From the NCBI GenBank assembly GCA_010909165.1, contig MU008154.1, forward strand, positions 719,682 to 783,681: a stretch of DNA of 64,000 bases, in the 5' to 3' direction. Each line of letters begins with the position of its first letter. Within the stretch, counting starts at the first letter, position 1. Origin of the DNA: Anthoceros angustus. Taxonomy: Eukaryota > Plantae > Anthocerotophyta. Made by a program: the position numbers and the translations under genes. Below the pieces are notes generated by a model, which had not been told where the DNA came from, searched no databases, and worked only from the letters and a program-made list of their open reading frames with translations. Shown piece by piece: positions 25,482 to 38,285 of the stretch.

Positions 25482-28400
25482 TGTGGACTACGGACTTCCC
25501 AGGGGTTAGAAAATAGGTAGGGTTTTGTTTTTTTTGTAGGAGTAAAGGATAAAATGAGGCGGAAAAGGGGAAATAAGCATGGGTAGCACTCGGACTCGGA
25601 GTATACTCCGACCGGAGTGAGGAACGCATCAGACCTACTATGGCGGCGCCAGTAGCAGGATAAGTCCGGACCACCTGTGACCAGGTGATAAGTACGCCAA
25701 AGTAACTTAGAGTTGAGCCGTGGACGACCAGGCGACGCCACGTGGGCGACACGAGTGGAGCGGGCATGCAGCGGACGTAACCTTGCGAGGCCGTTATAGC
25801 AGTATTCACGCCGCTGCCGGCGGCGTAAGCCAGTGCAGCGGCGTAAGGCCGAGTAAGCGGAGGCGTAAGGGCGAATAAGCCATGGAACCTTGTGGAGCGG
25901 AGGAAGAGGCGCCTCCCGCCCGAGTTACTCCCGGCGTGGCGGCGAAGAAGGTCATTTTGCGACCTCGAGACAATTCGCGATCTCTTGCGCTCCATGATCC
26001 GGCTCTCTGGCGGTATCTCGTGGACACTCGACGTCTTGGCGGCTCACCGCTGAGGTCGGTGCAGCGAAGAGCGCCGTGCCGGCGGTCTCGACAAGCGGCC
26101 TGACAACCAAGGAGGAGAAGGCGATGGCACCCAAAAGCCCGGAAGTTTGGGAGCCATGGAACCTTGTGGAGCGCAACATTGTGACCCGCGCTATCCGGAC
26201 TTTGGGCCTGGCTCCGGGAAGAGAATTGGTGCAGGAGTGGCATTTGGATGTGTTCCATGGTCCGACATTTGAGTGTCACTCTGGGAGTTGGGAAGATCTT
26301 GGCGGCGGTCAATAAGGAGGTGCGGTCCAAGAACCTCCGGAGGACCCAAGGCGATGGACCTTGGAGGTCCTGAGGGCGGCCTACAACCGCCCCAAGGAGG
26401 AAGAGGGGGGGGTGCCGAGCCCCTCAAGGCGAAGGGGAAGATAGGGCCAGCCACGGCGATGCTAAGGCACAGGGCCGGACCCTGTGGTTGGTGATATCCA
26501 GGACTGTTGGACAGTCGAGTAAGGGCGGTGGCCCGGATCATTGTCCACTGGAACCTACTCACCAAGGTGGATCACCTTGGTGATAATCTGATAGTATTAT
26601 TCACGCACGCTGCGGAGGAAGAGGGCGGACTGGGAAGGATTATCTTAGCCGGTTTAGCGAGGCTCGCAAGCTCAGACCGAGAAGCCTCGCCATCTGGGCC
26701 GCCCCATACCGATCCATGTATGGGGGCATTTCGAGCTCCTCAAGGAAGGAGAGCTTGAGCGAGCGCCCGGAAAGGACTGAGGCCCGCCAAGTGGAGCGGG
26801 CAAGGGCGCCGAGGGGAGGAGGCCGACCAAAAGCCAAACGGACGGAGGAGGACGATCGAGGATTCCGACTCCATACTGAACGGACCCCTCACCACCCAGT
26901 ATGGGAAGAAATTCCCGCCTCCTCCTCCGAGCCCCTCAAGGCGAAGGAAGGCCAAGGAGGCCCAGCCCCGCCGCCATCACTCCTACCGAGGAGCCCCGCC
27001 GACTGTGAGGGAGCCAAGAGACGCAAGACCACTTACCAACGCTGCACCCTGGGCCGGTGCCAAGACTTCCCCGCCACCTGAGTGGCAAGAAGCGGAGGAA
27101 GCAGAAGGAGGGCAAAGGACGCCTGTGGAGCGGAGGACACTGCAACAGCATCCGAGCCGGGTCCTGCGCCGACTGTGAAGGGGCAAAGGCTTGCTCCTGA
27201 CCTCACCTCCGAGCCCTGTGAGGAAAAGGGCGAGAAGGAGCTCGCGCCAAAAGGGCCAAGGAGCTCGGGAGCTCGGCCTCGGGGACCTAAGGGTCCCGAT
27301 TAGGTCCGAGAACCCAGTCGGACTTACTCGGGCTGTATGGAGGTCCTTGGCGGACCGTGAGATGCCGGCCCCGCCACGGACTTTGTGGGAGCCTCACGGC
27401 GGCGGCCGTGGAAGAAACACGGTCACAGCTACCGTCATGGACGGTATGCCTGGGGTCTCTGCGGGATGGCCGAGAAGACCCAGGAGGTAGAAGCCACCCG
27501 GAGGCGCATGGTACTCCTCCAGGAGCAGTTGGAGGGAGCCCAGGAGGCAAGAAGGAAGGCCGAAGCTCTCGGCCGGATTGAGGAGGGGAAACGCCGGGAG
27601 GCTGAGAGGGAGGTCTGGTCCATCCGCAAGGACCGGACCAAATTCCTTCAGCTGGAGGAGCAGCTGAAGCAGGCCAAGGAGGCCCAAGCGCGGGCGGAGG
27701 ACCTCTGCAGGGGGGCGTGGCCGAGGCGAGAAGGAAGGCCAAGGAGGCGAGGGCGCGGATCCGCGGAGGCAGCCTGACGACCAGCCAAGCCGAGAGGCTC
27801 GGTGAAGGTGGCCAAGGAGGCGGAGGCCACGGCGAAGGCCGATCGCGATCACTATCGGCGTGATCGGAACCGGTGGAGGGAGGCGGCCGAGAGAGCCACG
27901 CCAATCAAGGCCGAGCAAGTGGAGCAAGTGGAGCAAGGAGGCGGAGGCCAAGACCGGAAATCGGGGACCTCAGGCGCGGAGGTAGAAGGGAGGCGAGTTG
28001 GAGGACAAGAAGGACACCTTGGAGTTACAACTCCAAGGCGTCAGGCGACAAGGAATTCTCAATGGGAGAATCCAGACTTCGAGCAGAGATAGAGCGCCCA
28101 GCCTCCCTCAAGATGGAGGAGGTGGCGAGCAAGCGCGACCAACCAGCCCAAGAAGTCGCCAAGGAGGTGGAGGATCTCCTGCCCGGAGGTGGAGCAAAGA
28201 AGCAGGAGATGGAGGACCGCAAGGAGACTTTGAGCCGCAGCCCAAACTATCATTGAGAGGAATGGTAGTGCGGGACATGGTCGCGAACGCGACCGGAAAT
28301 AAACCGACCTTGGAGTTACAACCCAAGATGGAGCAGGAGCGGGGCGTCGCGAGATGGAAAAGGGCGAGAAGACCTGTGGAGGTAGAAGGGAGGCGGAGAT

Positions 28401-30016
28401 GGCGAGTTAATGTAATGGACAAGGAGGCGAGAAGGAAGGCCAAGCTCGGCCGGATTGAGGAAGTCGGAAGGCTGCGTTATGGCGGCAAGGAGGGAGCCCC
28501 AAGAGGAGCGGGAGATGGAGCAAGTGGAGCACGGCGGCAGCTGCGGGAGGTGGAGCAAGCGCGACCAACCAGCCCAAGAAGTCGCCACAAGGAGGCGGCC
28601 GGCTCGGCTATCAAACTGGCGGGAGGTGGAGCAACAAGCGCAGGCTCGGCTCCGGAGCATCTATGGCGAAGGGAGTACGGTGCTCCGCACACGTGGAAGA
28701 GGCAATCCAGCAAGTGGATTCGGACTTTGCCTATTACCACGAGCTCTGAGGCGGTAGGGCCTCTCGGAGATAGGAGGAGGGGACCCGGAAGGCCTGAGGG
28801 GAAGAAGGGCACGGGAGCACAGGACCCTAGGGGCCCTGCTTGGAGACGACGGCACAAGGAGGGAGCCCCAAGAGGAGCGGGACGCAGGACCCCAAGGTAA
28901 GTTCACCACCACCCGATCCGGAGGTGAGGCTGCGGGGGTGCAACAGCCAACCCGACCAAGACAAGGGTCGGGGTAAGGAGGAGGACCTAGCAAGACGAGG
29001 TCCAGTGAAGGGGTCCGGAGTTTGAGATCGGACCTGCACGGACCCCGAGGTCCGAACCCGGAGGGACCCACGGACCGGAAATAAACCGACCTTGGAGTTC
29101 AGCCCGAGTCGAGACCGACCTCGAGGTCCGGACTCGCAAGAAGGAGGAGCCCCTCGACTTACGCTAGGGAGGGACGGCGGTGGCCCGGAGAGGACCAGGA
29201 AGGCCGAGGAGGATGGCGTTGTGTGCGGTCGTCGAGGCCGCCGTGTAACTGGAGTTCGAAGGAGGGGTCCGCCTCGCGGATCATCCGATTGGCGCCTTGT
29301 GATTATCGAGATTGGACCACCAATCCCAAGGCGGAACCGGACCTTCCCACCGTGGCGAAGGAGATAGGAGGAGGAAATAGGATGGTAGGCGGCGATTAGG
29401 CATCTTGGTGGCCGTCGGCTCGAATAGGGGTGTAATAAAGACGCCGACCTGGGCGTAGTATAAGAGGGCTCTGCCACTGAATAAATCATCTTTCCTTGGT
29501 GTTGATGCGCGTTCTTGCGACCTGTGTGTCTTCGATAACGTGAGTCTGAGTCAGGCGAGCCACGGCTCGGAGGATCGATCGGTCAGTAGCGGACCTAACG
29601 TGTTGTGGTGTGTGCGAGTGGTGGCGGGACCCGTGCTGCGTCGAGCGCGACCAGCGCGCGGACGGCGTGTGAGCCGGAGGACTTGGGAGGCGTCAGGCGC
29701 GGACGGAGGCCAGTGGGCAGCGGAGGAGGTCCGGATCGTAACCCGCGCCTTCCTTAAGACCGATAAGTGTAGTGTGAGAGAGAGGAGGACGAGAGGTGTG
29801 AGACGAACGAACGGACGCGAACGGGTCCTTAAACGCTTGGCCATAGCTGCGGTGTTGTTGCGAGTAGAGAGGCGTGAACTAAAATGTGTGCGTTGGGAGC
29901 GAGTGGGCGTAGTAAAGCGAAACACTTTGGCAAAATGTCATTCCCTTGGGAACGAACTCCTTCCTACAACGACACGGATTGTGCGCGGCTGGCCGTTAGC
30001 AAAAAGTTGCGCCACG
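25482..30016 (+). repeat. 3' LTR of gypsy element (~4.53 kb)
   Basis: Follows the PPT; starts TGTGGACTACGGACTTCCCAGGGGTTAGAAA, ends GTTGCGCCAC. Confidence 0.88.
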
Positions 30017-30676
30017 GGCATACACGACCAAGTGGACGGATGTCTCTTGCTTTTCTAAACATCGCACAAGGAGGTGAAAACCCTACCGGCTATGGAAACC
30101 TTGATAAGCAGATATCGTAACCGGAGGTTCAGTGTTGACCGAGGTTCCGGATTCGAGCGTATGTCGCTATAACAAAGGCGCAGGATATCAAGAGTTGGTG
30201 CGGTGAAACAATTGAACAATCTATCGCTTCAACATCGTTTCAAAATCACACGAGAGAAACAATCGTGGGAAAGTACTTGATTATCCGGAAATAGCGGATT
30301 CAACCTCCTCGGGAGTCAAGATGGCTTGAGTTCTGGCGTTGTTGACGATATAGCCCGGCACCTTTGATGGCGCTCAAGCCAAGGACAAAAGAGGTGGTGT
30401 TGGATGAGCGCTATTCGGGGGTTGCTGCGGAAAGGAATGCTAAATCTACCAACATATGTCAATGACGAAGAAGAACAATGGTGGACAATGTTCTGGAAGG
30501 ATCAGGAGGAGATTGCATATATCGTAGACAACAATATTGGTCTTGTGCTGGAAAAACCATGGAAGTGGTACGACAGAGCAACAGCCGATGCAATTCACTG
30601 TCCACCTCCAGTGGCAGGGGTTGTTGTTCTAGATGAAGCATTGTTGCGGGAGATTCCCCAAAGGGACATGTACTTA
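30017..30676 (+). pseudogene. DUF7869/Sola-like transposase, middle part
   Basis: Resumes at GH-T-(H)DQVD.MFSCFSKH, then EEEQWWTMFWKDQEE...IPQRDMYL up to the copia TSD. Confidence 0.75.
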
Positions 30677-30982
30677 TGTTGGAAATAAAGCCAACATTAG
30701 GATAAAGAACTTAGGGTTTCATTAAGTGAACCGTTTCAGAGTTTAGTATTTAAACAGTATACACATACAATTTTGTATTCAATTTATTGTTTTGTATCAA
30801 GTTTTGTTGCACCAAACTACTCTCCGTAAATTCTCATGGTATCGAGCTCCAAATGCTCTCTACTTGTCTCAAGGCATAATGCACGGGGTAGACCTCGTGC
30901 GATCGATGTCAACAAAGGAGGCAGCGTTGTGGTAGTACTAGTAGGCTACATAACACAAACCAAGTTCCTATAGACTGCTCGG

Positions 30983-31500
30983 ATGCATGACGAGACTAAC
31001 TACCCCGACATACGGCTAAGACAGTGGGTTGCTAGAAATGAGGGCACAGCAAGTTCCAGAGCGCGTGCCATCAGGCTGCAGCAGTTGAGAACCTCTGAAG
31101 TAGATTCCCTCTACCGAGCCCGGTGCATAGCTAGGAACCAGCCTGATCCTCGTTCTCAACCATTCGTCAAGCGTGCCGAGGAGGAATCCACAATTTCAGC
31201 CTTATTCCCCAACACACCTAAATTCTGTCCTATTGCTGACTGGGAATTACAAACTTTTGATGAAGTCTGCAATCATCCAAATCACAGGACAATTAGGTGG
31301 GCGGGAGAAACATCTGCGTGACAGCCCATTGCTGGAAAATCTACTTCCTACAAGAAGCAAGTTGTGAGATTGGTCGAAGACAAGCCAATTTCGGTGGAGG
31401 TTCCCTTAGGGACTTCCCTTGAGAAACTCCTCTTCAATCAGCACATCTTGAGAGACGGTGTCGCCGCCAATCTGCGCCGACACTCAAATTTCCAGGTGTG
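30983..31500 (+). CDS. Extra ORF in the 1.3-kb leader between PBS and gag of copia-1 (unknown function)
   Basis: 112-aa ORF 30983-31321 with non-low-complexity sequence; coding-like continuation after one stop. Confidence 0.3.
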
Positions 31501-32179
31501 ACATCTCAGTTACTGGAATGATGCGTCGATGGATCTTGGCCAAGGATTTTCCACGAATTCTTGCCCGAGCGGAGATTCCATCCGACCACACTTCGGGCGG
31601 GAGAGCCGAAGTGCATCGTCGTGGCTCTTGGCGTAGATTCAAAGCGCCACAATTGCATTCTTGACTCTTGGCCCGCTTGCATCTCTTTGCTTTTGTTTGG
31701 TCCATCAAGCGGCGTATACATTCACAAGACTAAGAAGTGTCGGTTGAAACCCTAACTAAAGAACTCAAACGATACTTTTGAAAAGTTGTGTCTTTTCTCA
31801 CTCACACCTTTTCGCATCCAGAAGTCGAGATTAGCCTGGGGGAATTTGAATACATCGGTGTCCATCCCTCCCGGCTCCCCTCAACTAGCCCCCTGGACAC
31901 GCATCGTTAGTATCACATGAGTATCATTTAGGATTAAATACATCGGAGCATAGCTAACCTAGTTATTTTTCCTTTCAAGCCATAGTTTTGAAAGGGACTT
32001 AGCCATTTTACGCATGTCCGATACCTATAACGCACATAGTGCATCTGACATCAGCTTAGGTGCGGCCTTAGATCCCTCCGATCATACCTCCACTTCATTG
32101 AGGGGGAGGGGAAGAAGACTGCGTGCCGATATACCTATTTCGGAATTATCTCGCCACTGCTACCACAAGTAGACAAACC

Positions 32180-35100
32180 ATGGCTACAGTCCTTCTTTCA
32201 CATCGAATTGAAAGAAAAGGATAGGTTCAGCAGGCTACCATGTGTGGAAAGTACGCATGAAAGCTCTCCAGCCCGAGGAGTCCGGAGGTTGTGGGTGGAA
32301 GTTTTGCGAACGACCCTCAAGCTGGCGACCAAGGATAAAGATGGGTGACTCTCAGCAGTAGTTGTAGCTACCATCATCAATGGCTTGATTCACTCCTTGT
32401 TCACGGCGTTGAGCACGACAAAGGGTATAGAGATCCGAATCACCGGCAAAACCTATCGTTACTAACATCATGACCAAGTGTCTTTGTGTAGAATTTTACG
32501 CTCTAAGGATGAAAGACGGAGATAAAGTGGGAGGTTTTACCAGCAAATTTCGCCACCTCCGTGCTCAGCTTGCTTCCTACAATTATAAGATTGAGGAGGA
32601 ACACGCTGTGGTCCAGCTGTTGAGCAGTTTGCTAGCATCACTTCAACAATTTGTCAGCTCGTACAACGGACCTCTGTGTACATCACAGGCTGCTGTTGCC
32701 GCTGGAAATGCAAGCATCCTCACTGTCGATGACATAGTGGCTGCTCTGCATCAGGAGGAACAAAGCCGATTGTTTACAACAGGAAACACAAAGTCCAAAG
32801 CTGACAAAGTGTTGGCAGTAAAATTCAAGCCCACTAAAACAAAAGGCAAGTACATTTCAATCACTCGATCTGTTCCTTCAAGCACAAAGAAACAGAAGCG
32901 CAATTGGTGTGGAGCACACAGCCAGCCTTGTTGCCGCAAGAAGAAGGCGGGAGCCCCAGTGAGACCACAGACAGTCGATAGCATGAAGGACAAGGGAGAT
33001 ACTGGAAAAGCAACATTGAAGATCTTAACAGTGTGCCTCACAAGCACCGTTCATGATGTTGGTGACTGGTATCTCGATTCGGGAGCTACCACCCACATAT
33101 GCAACGACAGAACTCTGTTCTCCACGTTGGCCCTGCGCCACATGAAGGACAAAGTCTTGTTAGGAGATGAGCGAAGTGACACAAGCTTGCAAGTTGAAGG
33201 ATATGGTACCTGCACTTTCCTCCTCAATGATGGGTCCATGCAGGACATCGATGGCGTTCGGTACGTACCAGACATGGCGAAAAATCTTCTGTTGATGAGT
33301 AAGATCATGCAGATGCGCACGTATGAGATACGTGTAATTGATGATGCTTGCTTCTACGAATCTCTCGATTCATTCGAGGCGTTCTAGACCATGGCTTGTA
33401 TAGGCTTGAGATAAGATGTCTCCCACAGTCTGCTCACCATGCAGTGTTCACAGTTAATATGAAATCCAGCCAGTTGGCTACACTGCACGCTAGGCTAGGG
33501 CATGCCAGCGAAATAAGCTCATTGATATGTCTAATCTTGGTTGTCATGGAACCCTTACCTAGTTGTTTCAAGGATCTTCCCATTTGTGAGTCCATACTTG
33601 CAAAGAAGGAACTTCCATTCCCTAAGAGCATAGGGCTACCAAGGTGTTAGAGCTTGTGCATGCTGATATCTCTGGGAAGATACACACCCCTTCCCTAGGG
33701 GGTGCTCTCTATTACCTGACATTGACAGATGATTTCAGCCGGTACTCCTGGACGTATCCGATGCACCTGAAAAGTGAAACACTGAGTTATTTCAAGGACT
33801 GGCTTCTCATAGTGCAGCATGTTTCTGCTCAAGATCCTGGACAATGGAGCGAGTTCGTCAATCAAGCTTTGACGATTACTTATCGAGCGGGGCATTAGCG
33901 GCGGATTGTCCCTTATACTCAACAACGAATGGCGTGGCGGCGCAAAAATCAAACCTTGCTTGGTATGACCGAGTATGTTCTGTGGGCGGCTTGCCTCAAG
34001 CATATTAGGCGGTGTCATCGCTCACGTACATCTTGAACAGGGTCCTTACCAGCTCGGTTAAAGGGAAAACTCCTTTTGAAGTGTTTTGGAACAGGAAGCC
34101 TAGTTTACTTCACTTACGAGTGTTCGGCTCCAAGGCTTTTGCTTTTGTCCTGACAAGCGCAAAAAGTTAGATAACCGATCGCGAAGTCTCATCTTTGTGG
34201 GCTATAGCGAGCATGTCAAAGCGTATAAACTATATGACCCTGACACGCAGGCACTGGTCTTAGCACGCAGTGTTACTTTTGTGGAATCTATAGCTGGCTC
34301 TCCACATGCCGTCCCTACGAGGAGCATCATTGGATGAGGACACGGATGCGAATCGTTACCTTTCCTTGATGTTGCCCCACAGTATTCTTCTGCGAGATCC
34401 ATCGGACTGCGCAAAATGATGCGACTGTCATTAGATCGGGCCCGGTGATGCGATCGGATGCGGCTTGGAGGATCACTACGGGCGGAGGTGGCTGGAGATC
34501 AACCTCTGATCAAGATGCCGATCGGGATTTTGTTCTTCACGACCGAGTTTTGTTGATTGTTCGGATCGGCCCAGGCTCGACTGAAACCGAGCCCCTCGAC
34601 CGTGGAGGAGCCCCATATCAGTCCGTGGATTTCGGACATCCTCTGCAGTTTATGGTGCTACCGTTGACATCCTTCCAGCTGTGGAACCCAGTTCTTATAG
34701 GCAGGCCATGCAAGGACCTGATGCTTCCAAGTGGCAAATTGCAGTGGAGGACGAGTACCAATCCTTGCTTAAGAACAAGAGTTGGGATCTTGTCGATCTG
34801 CCCCCTGGACGCAAGCCTATCTCCTGCAAGTGGGTTTTTAAGTTAAAACTGAATGCACAAGGAGAAATTGCACATTATAAAGCAAGACTTGTGGCCAGGG
34901 GATTTACCCAAATCGAAGGCTTGGACTATCAGGAGACCTTTTCTCCTGTGGTTCGTTCACAATCTATCAGGATCATCCTTGCCCTTGCGTGAATTGGACC
35001 TGGATCTACAACAAATGGACGTTTGCACGGCATTCCTCTATGGTGCTCTTGATGAGGACGTATATGATCGAGAGGATATGAGGATCCCGCACACCCCACC

Positions 35101-36183
35101 AAAGTTCAAGCTACTAAAATGCATTTATGGTTTAAAAGCGAGTGGTAGGGTTTGGTATACAACCATGCACGTTTACCTCATACATATCTCTTTCGTCGAA
35201 CCCACTCCAATGTGTATAGGCTGAGCAGAGGTGAGGACTTCGTGGTTTTGGCGTTGTATGTAGATGACATCATCCTCGCAACAAACAGCCAATCTCTGTT
35301 AGCTGAAGTAAAACACATGTTGAGCTCCAAGTTTGAGATGAAGGACATTGGAGAGCTTAAATATTGCCTTGGGGTTCAGATCCTAAGGATACGAGAGGAA
35401 GGCCTGATTATTGTTCACCAACACAAGTACATGAACGACATTCTTCGGAAATTCAAACTTGATGAGGCTAGGCCTGCTACCACTCCCTATTCTACAGGGG
35501 TCAAGCTTACCAGTTTACAGTGCCCGCAGACTCCAGAAGAGGTCCAGGATATGTACGATGTACCCTACAGGCACGCTGTAGGTAGCTTAATTTTTGTTGC
35601 TAACTGGACCAGGCCGGATATTGATACTCCGTTAATGATGCTCGCGATTCTTGGAGAAACACGCGAACTGTGGAGATTAAGAGGATTTTAGGTACCTAAA
35701 GGGTACCCATACATATGGACTTTTCTGGAAGTGGCAAGGAAACTTACACTTCGGTTTTACGGATCGATTGGGCATCGACGATTCGGAAAAGCCTTCGACT
35801 TATTGTTTCCTGCTCTCATCCTCAGCCGTGAATTGGTCTTGCAAAAAGCAGTCCTCAATAGCCATGTCATCAACATAAGCAGTATAAATCCCTAACAGAT
35901 GCTTCAAAGGAAGCCGAATGGGAAAGAACTTTTCTGCATGACTTAGGGCAAACTCAGAAAGCACCTACCTCAATTCTCTGTGATAATATGTCTGCACTTG
36001 CCCTCGTAGCCAATCCCAGTTCCAGCACATTGAATACAAAGACCACTACATCGAGATGTTGTGGAGCGTGGGCTGAAGGTTGGTTACATAGGCCTGAGAG
36101 GACAACGTGGCGTATGTGTTAACAAAGGGTTTGGTGAAGTATAAACACTATAAGCATCTGTCAGGCTTGGGCCTGGCTGACTA
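32180..36183 (+). pseudogene. gag-pol: Copia-1 gag-pol (gag, PR, IN, RT, RNase H), frameshifted
   Basis: KEKDRF..YHVWKVRMKAL; WYLDSGATTHIC; LHARLGH; LELVHADISG; ISCKWVFKLK..YKARLVARGFTQ; LYVDD (35257); CDNMSA. Confidence 0.93.
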
Positions 36184-37165
36184 TTCTATGCACATGGACA
36201 GGCAGTGACTTATCTGAAGGTTGGGGTGGGAACCCGAAGGTTCCCTAGGTGTTGTTGATTGGTGCCTTCGACATCTTCGCAGACACATATAACTGCACAT
36301 GCCCCACGCACACACAGTTAGGTCAGATGCGGTGTCAGTCCATGAGGAAACAGAGGGAGCAACAATGCTGTGCTGCACGAAGGATGAAGCTTACCTTAGT
36401 ATTTAATCTTCCTGCAGTACGGTGCCCCCTACAAAGATGGCTTCACATCCTGCTCTTCGTCATCAACTGGCGCAGGCCCTTCTCCAAAGAAGGATATGCT
36501 CCGGCTCACGATCCACCGGTAGCTAAGCGCAAGCTGCGACTAGGCGGCGCAAACTCCAGCGGAAGTCAGCTGAGTGCGGGTCCCTCTTCTCGAGGTGCTT
36601 GGGCCCCTAGAGCAGTCCGAGGTTGATTGGCTGTTCATGTATGCAAGCTCCTCCAATGACCCACATTTGAGCCATCGCAGTTTTCCCTGGATCTCCTCCT
36701 CTCCCGATCTTGCTCGGCGGCCGTGCCCTATTTCTCCGTGGCGTCTTCTCCGTCGACATAGACTTTGCCATCGCGTGCATCTGCAGCGAGGCGATGGCGT
36801 GAGAAGCATCGCAGCGGTAGGCGAGGGAGATGTTGGCGGCGGCAGACACTTGCGCGAGGACGTAGTCCGTCGTTTGCGTAAGGGGTTTTACGCTTGGGTT
36901 TGGGTTACGCCGTTCTGTGTGGAGGGATCCTGTTCCGTGATGGGTTTGAATACACGTGTCGTCGTGGAAATGCACGTTAAATGCCTAAAGTTGCTTTAGA
37001 GGGAGTGTTGGAAATAAAGCCAACATTAGGATAAAGAACTTAGGGTTTCATTAAGTGAACCGTTTCAGAGTTTAGTATTTAAACAGTATACACATACAAT
37101 TTTGTATTCAATTTATTGTTTTGTATCAAGTTTTGTTGCACCAAACTACTCTCCGTAAATTCTCA

Positions 37166-37620
37166 ACTTAGGACCCCACCAGGGTGCTGATCGTCAAGGA
37201 CAAGAGTGTGAAAGGATGAATGGGGATATCATGGAGATAGAGAAAGGCATGTTCATTATAACGCCTTGTGAGGGTGAAATACACAACAGAGCTTTCTGGC
37301 TCGCAAAGGTTGTGGAAGTCCATTTCACCGCACCTGATCCTTACTTACTTGTGCATTGGTGGAGGCAGACCAACGACGCATCTGGAAGTATATGGCGGAA
37401 GTCATCCTCGAGTTGAGAGCGAAGGCCGTCACCGAAAGGAAGAGGGGCAAACAACACAATCCACCTAATATCTGAAGTTATTCGTTCGAAAAGCAGTTAT
37501 CGTTATTATGGGTTCAGTGAACGTAAGGAAACATCTCATGCAGACAAGAAAGCGATCAAAGAGAAGATGAGTGCTCTGAGCCCACCTCAAGCGCAACCCG
37601 GATGGTGTAATGGGCGATGA
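37166..37620 (+). pseudogene. DUF7869/Sola-like transposase, 3' part
   Basis: Removing the copia and one TSD copy restores the frame: IPQRDMYL-GPHQGADRQ...RAFWLAKVVEVHF...LLVHWW. Confidence 0.75.
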
Positions 37621-38285
37621 ATCGACGGCCGACATATATCGCGAGGGACTCGAGTCAGCGAGGAATGATCGGAATATGTGCCTTGTTAGTAACGGGTTTG
37701 CAAGGTGCCTTGTCCTGACCACTCGGAGGAAGCAACTTTGGTTCATTTTGTAGGTTCGCGTCCATGATCGTGTGCCCGTCGGCAAATGACTAGTCCTCTA
37801 AGGCCGGATCGCTGATTGTTTGAAGAAGTGAGTCCTGATTGGCATCGAAAGTCATTCACCGTTGGCGCCACGTAGCTGCCTGGACAAGTCCCTTCGGGCG
37901 GACGTGGGCGCCGGCATGCGGCGCCCGGATCGGTGATTCTTCCGTCGGCCGTCCTTTTAACCCTATCGTTGTTCAAAACCTCGTCACCATGTGCATATAT
38001 GGGTGTATAGCAAGAGTATACATATGTTACGCATTCCCTCAAAAGGGGCCCAGTGTCGTTGCCGGTCATTAACGGATCCTAATCGTATCGCATGGTCTAA
38101 GGACATGGGCATCGTTTCTAGCAAAACAATGCTCGTGCGATTTGGCGGACCTTCTTGCATGTGTCGTCATAGCATGTGGTGATGGCCGACACACTTATTA
38201 CATGCCATCTTGTATGCTCAAATATGGCCTGTCGATACCCATCGAAAACCCTGTTTGCCGTATATTCAACTGAAAAGCCGCTTCA

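Larger units (their letters stand above)
15548..30016 (+). mobile_element. Full-length Ty3/gypsy LTR retrotransposon, non-chromovirus (OTA/Athila-Tat-like), ~14.5 kb
   Basis: TG...GCCACA termini, 5-bp TSD GGCAT (15543-15547 / 30017-30021), PBS, PPT, domain order gag-PR-RT-RH-IN, no chromodomain. Confidence 0.92.
30677..37165 (+). mobile_element. Ty1/copia element 1, 6489 bp, identical 160-bp LTRs (30677-30836, 37006-37165), TSD ACTTA
   Basis: TG...CA LTRs read identical; PBS TGGTATC(-)GAGC at 30837; PPT AGAGGGAG before 37006; ACTTA at 30672-30676 and 37166-37170. Confidence 0.97.
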
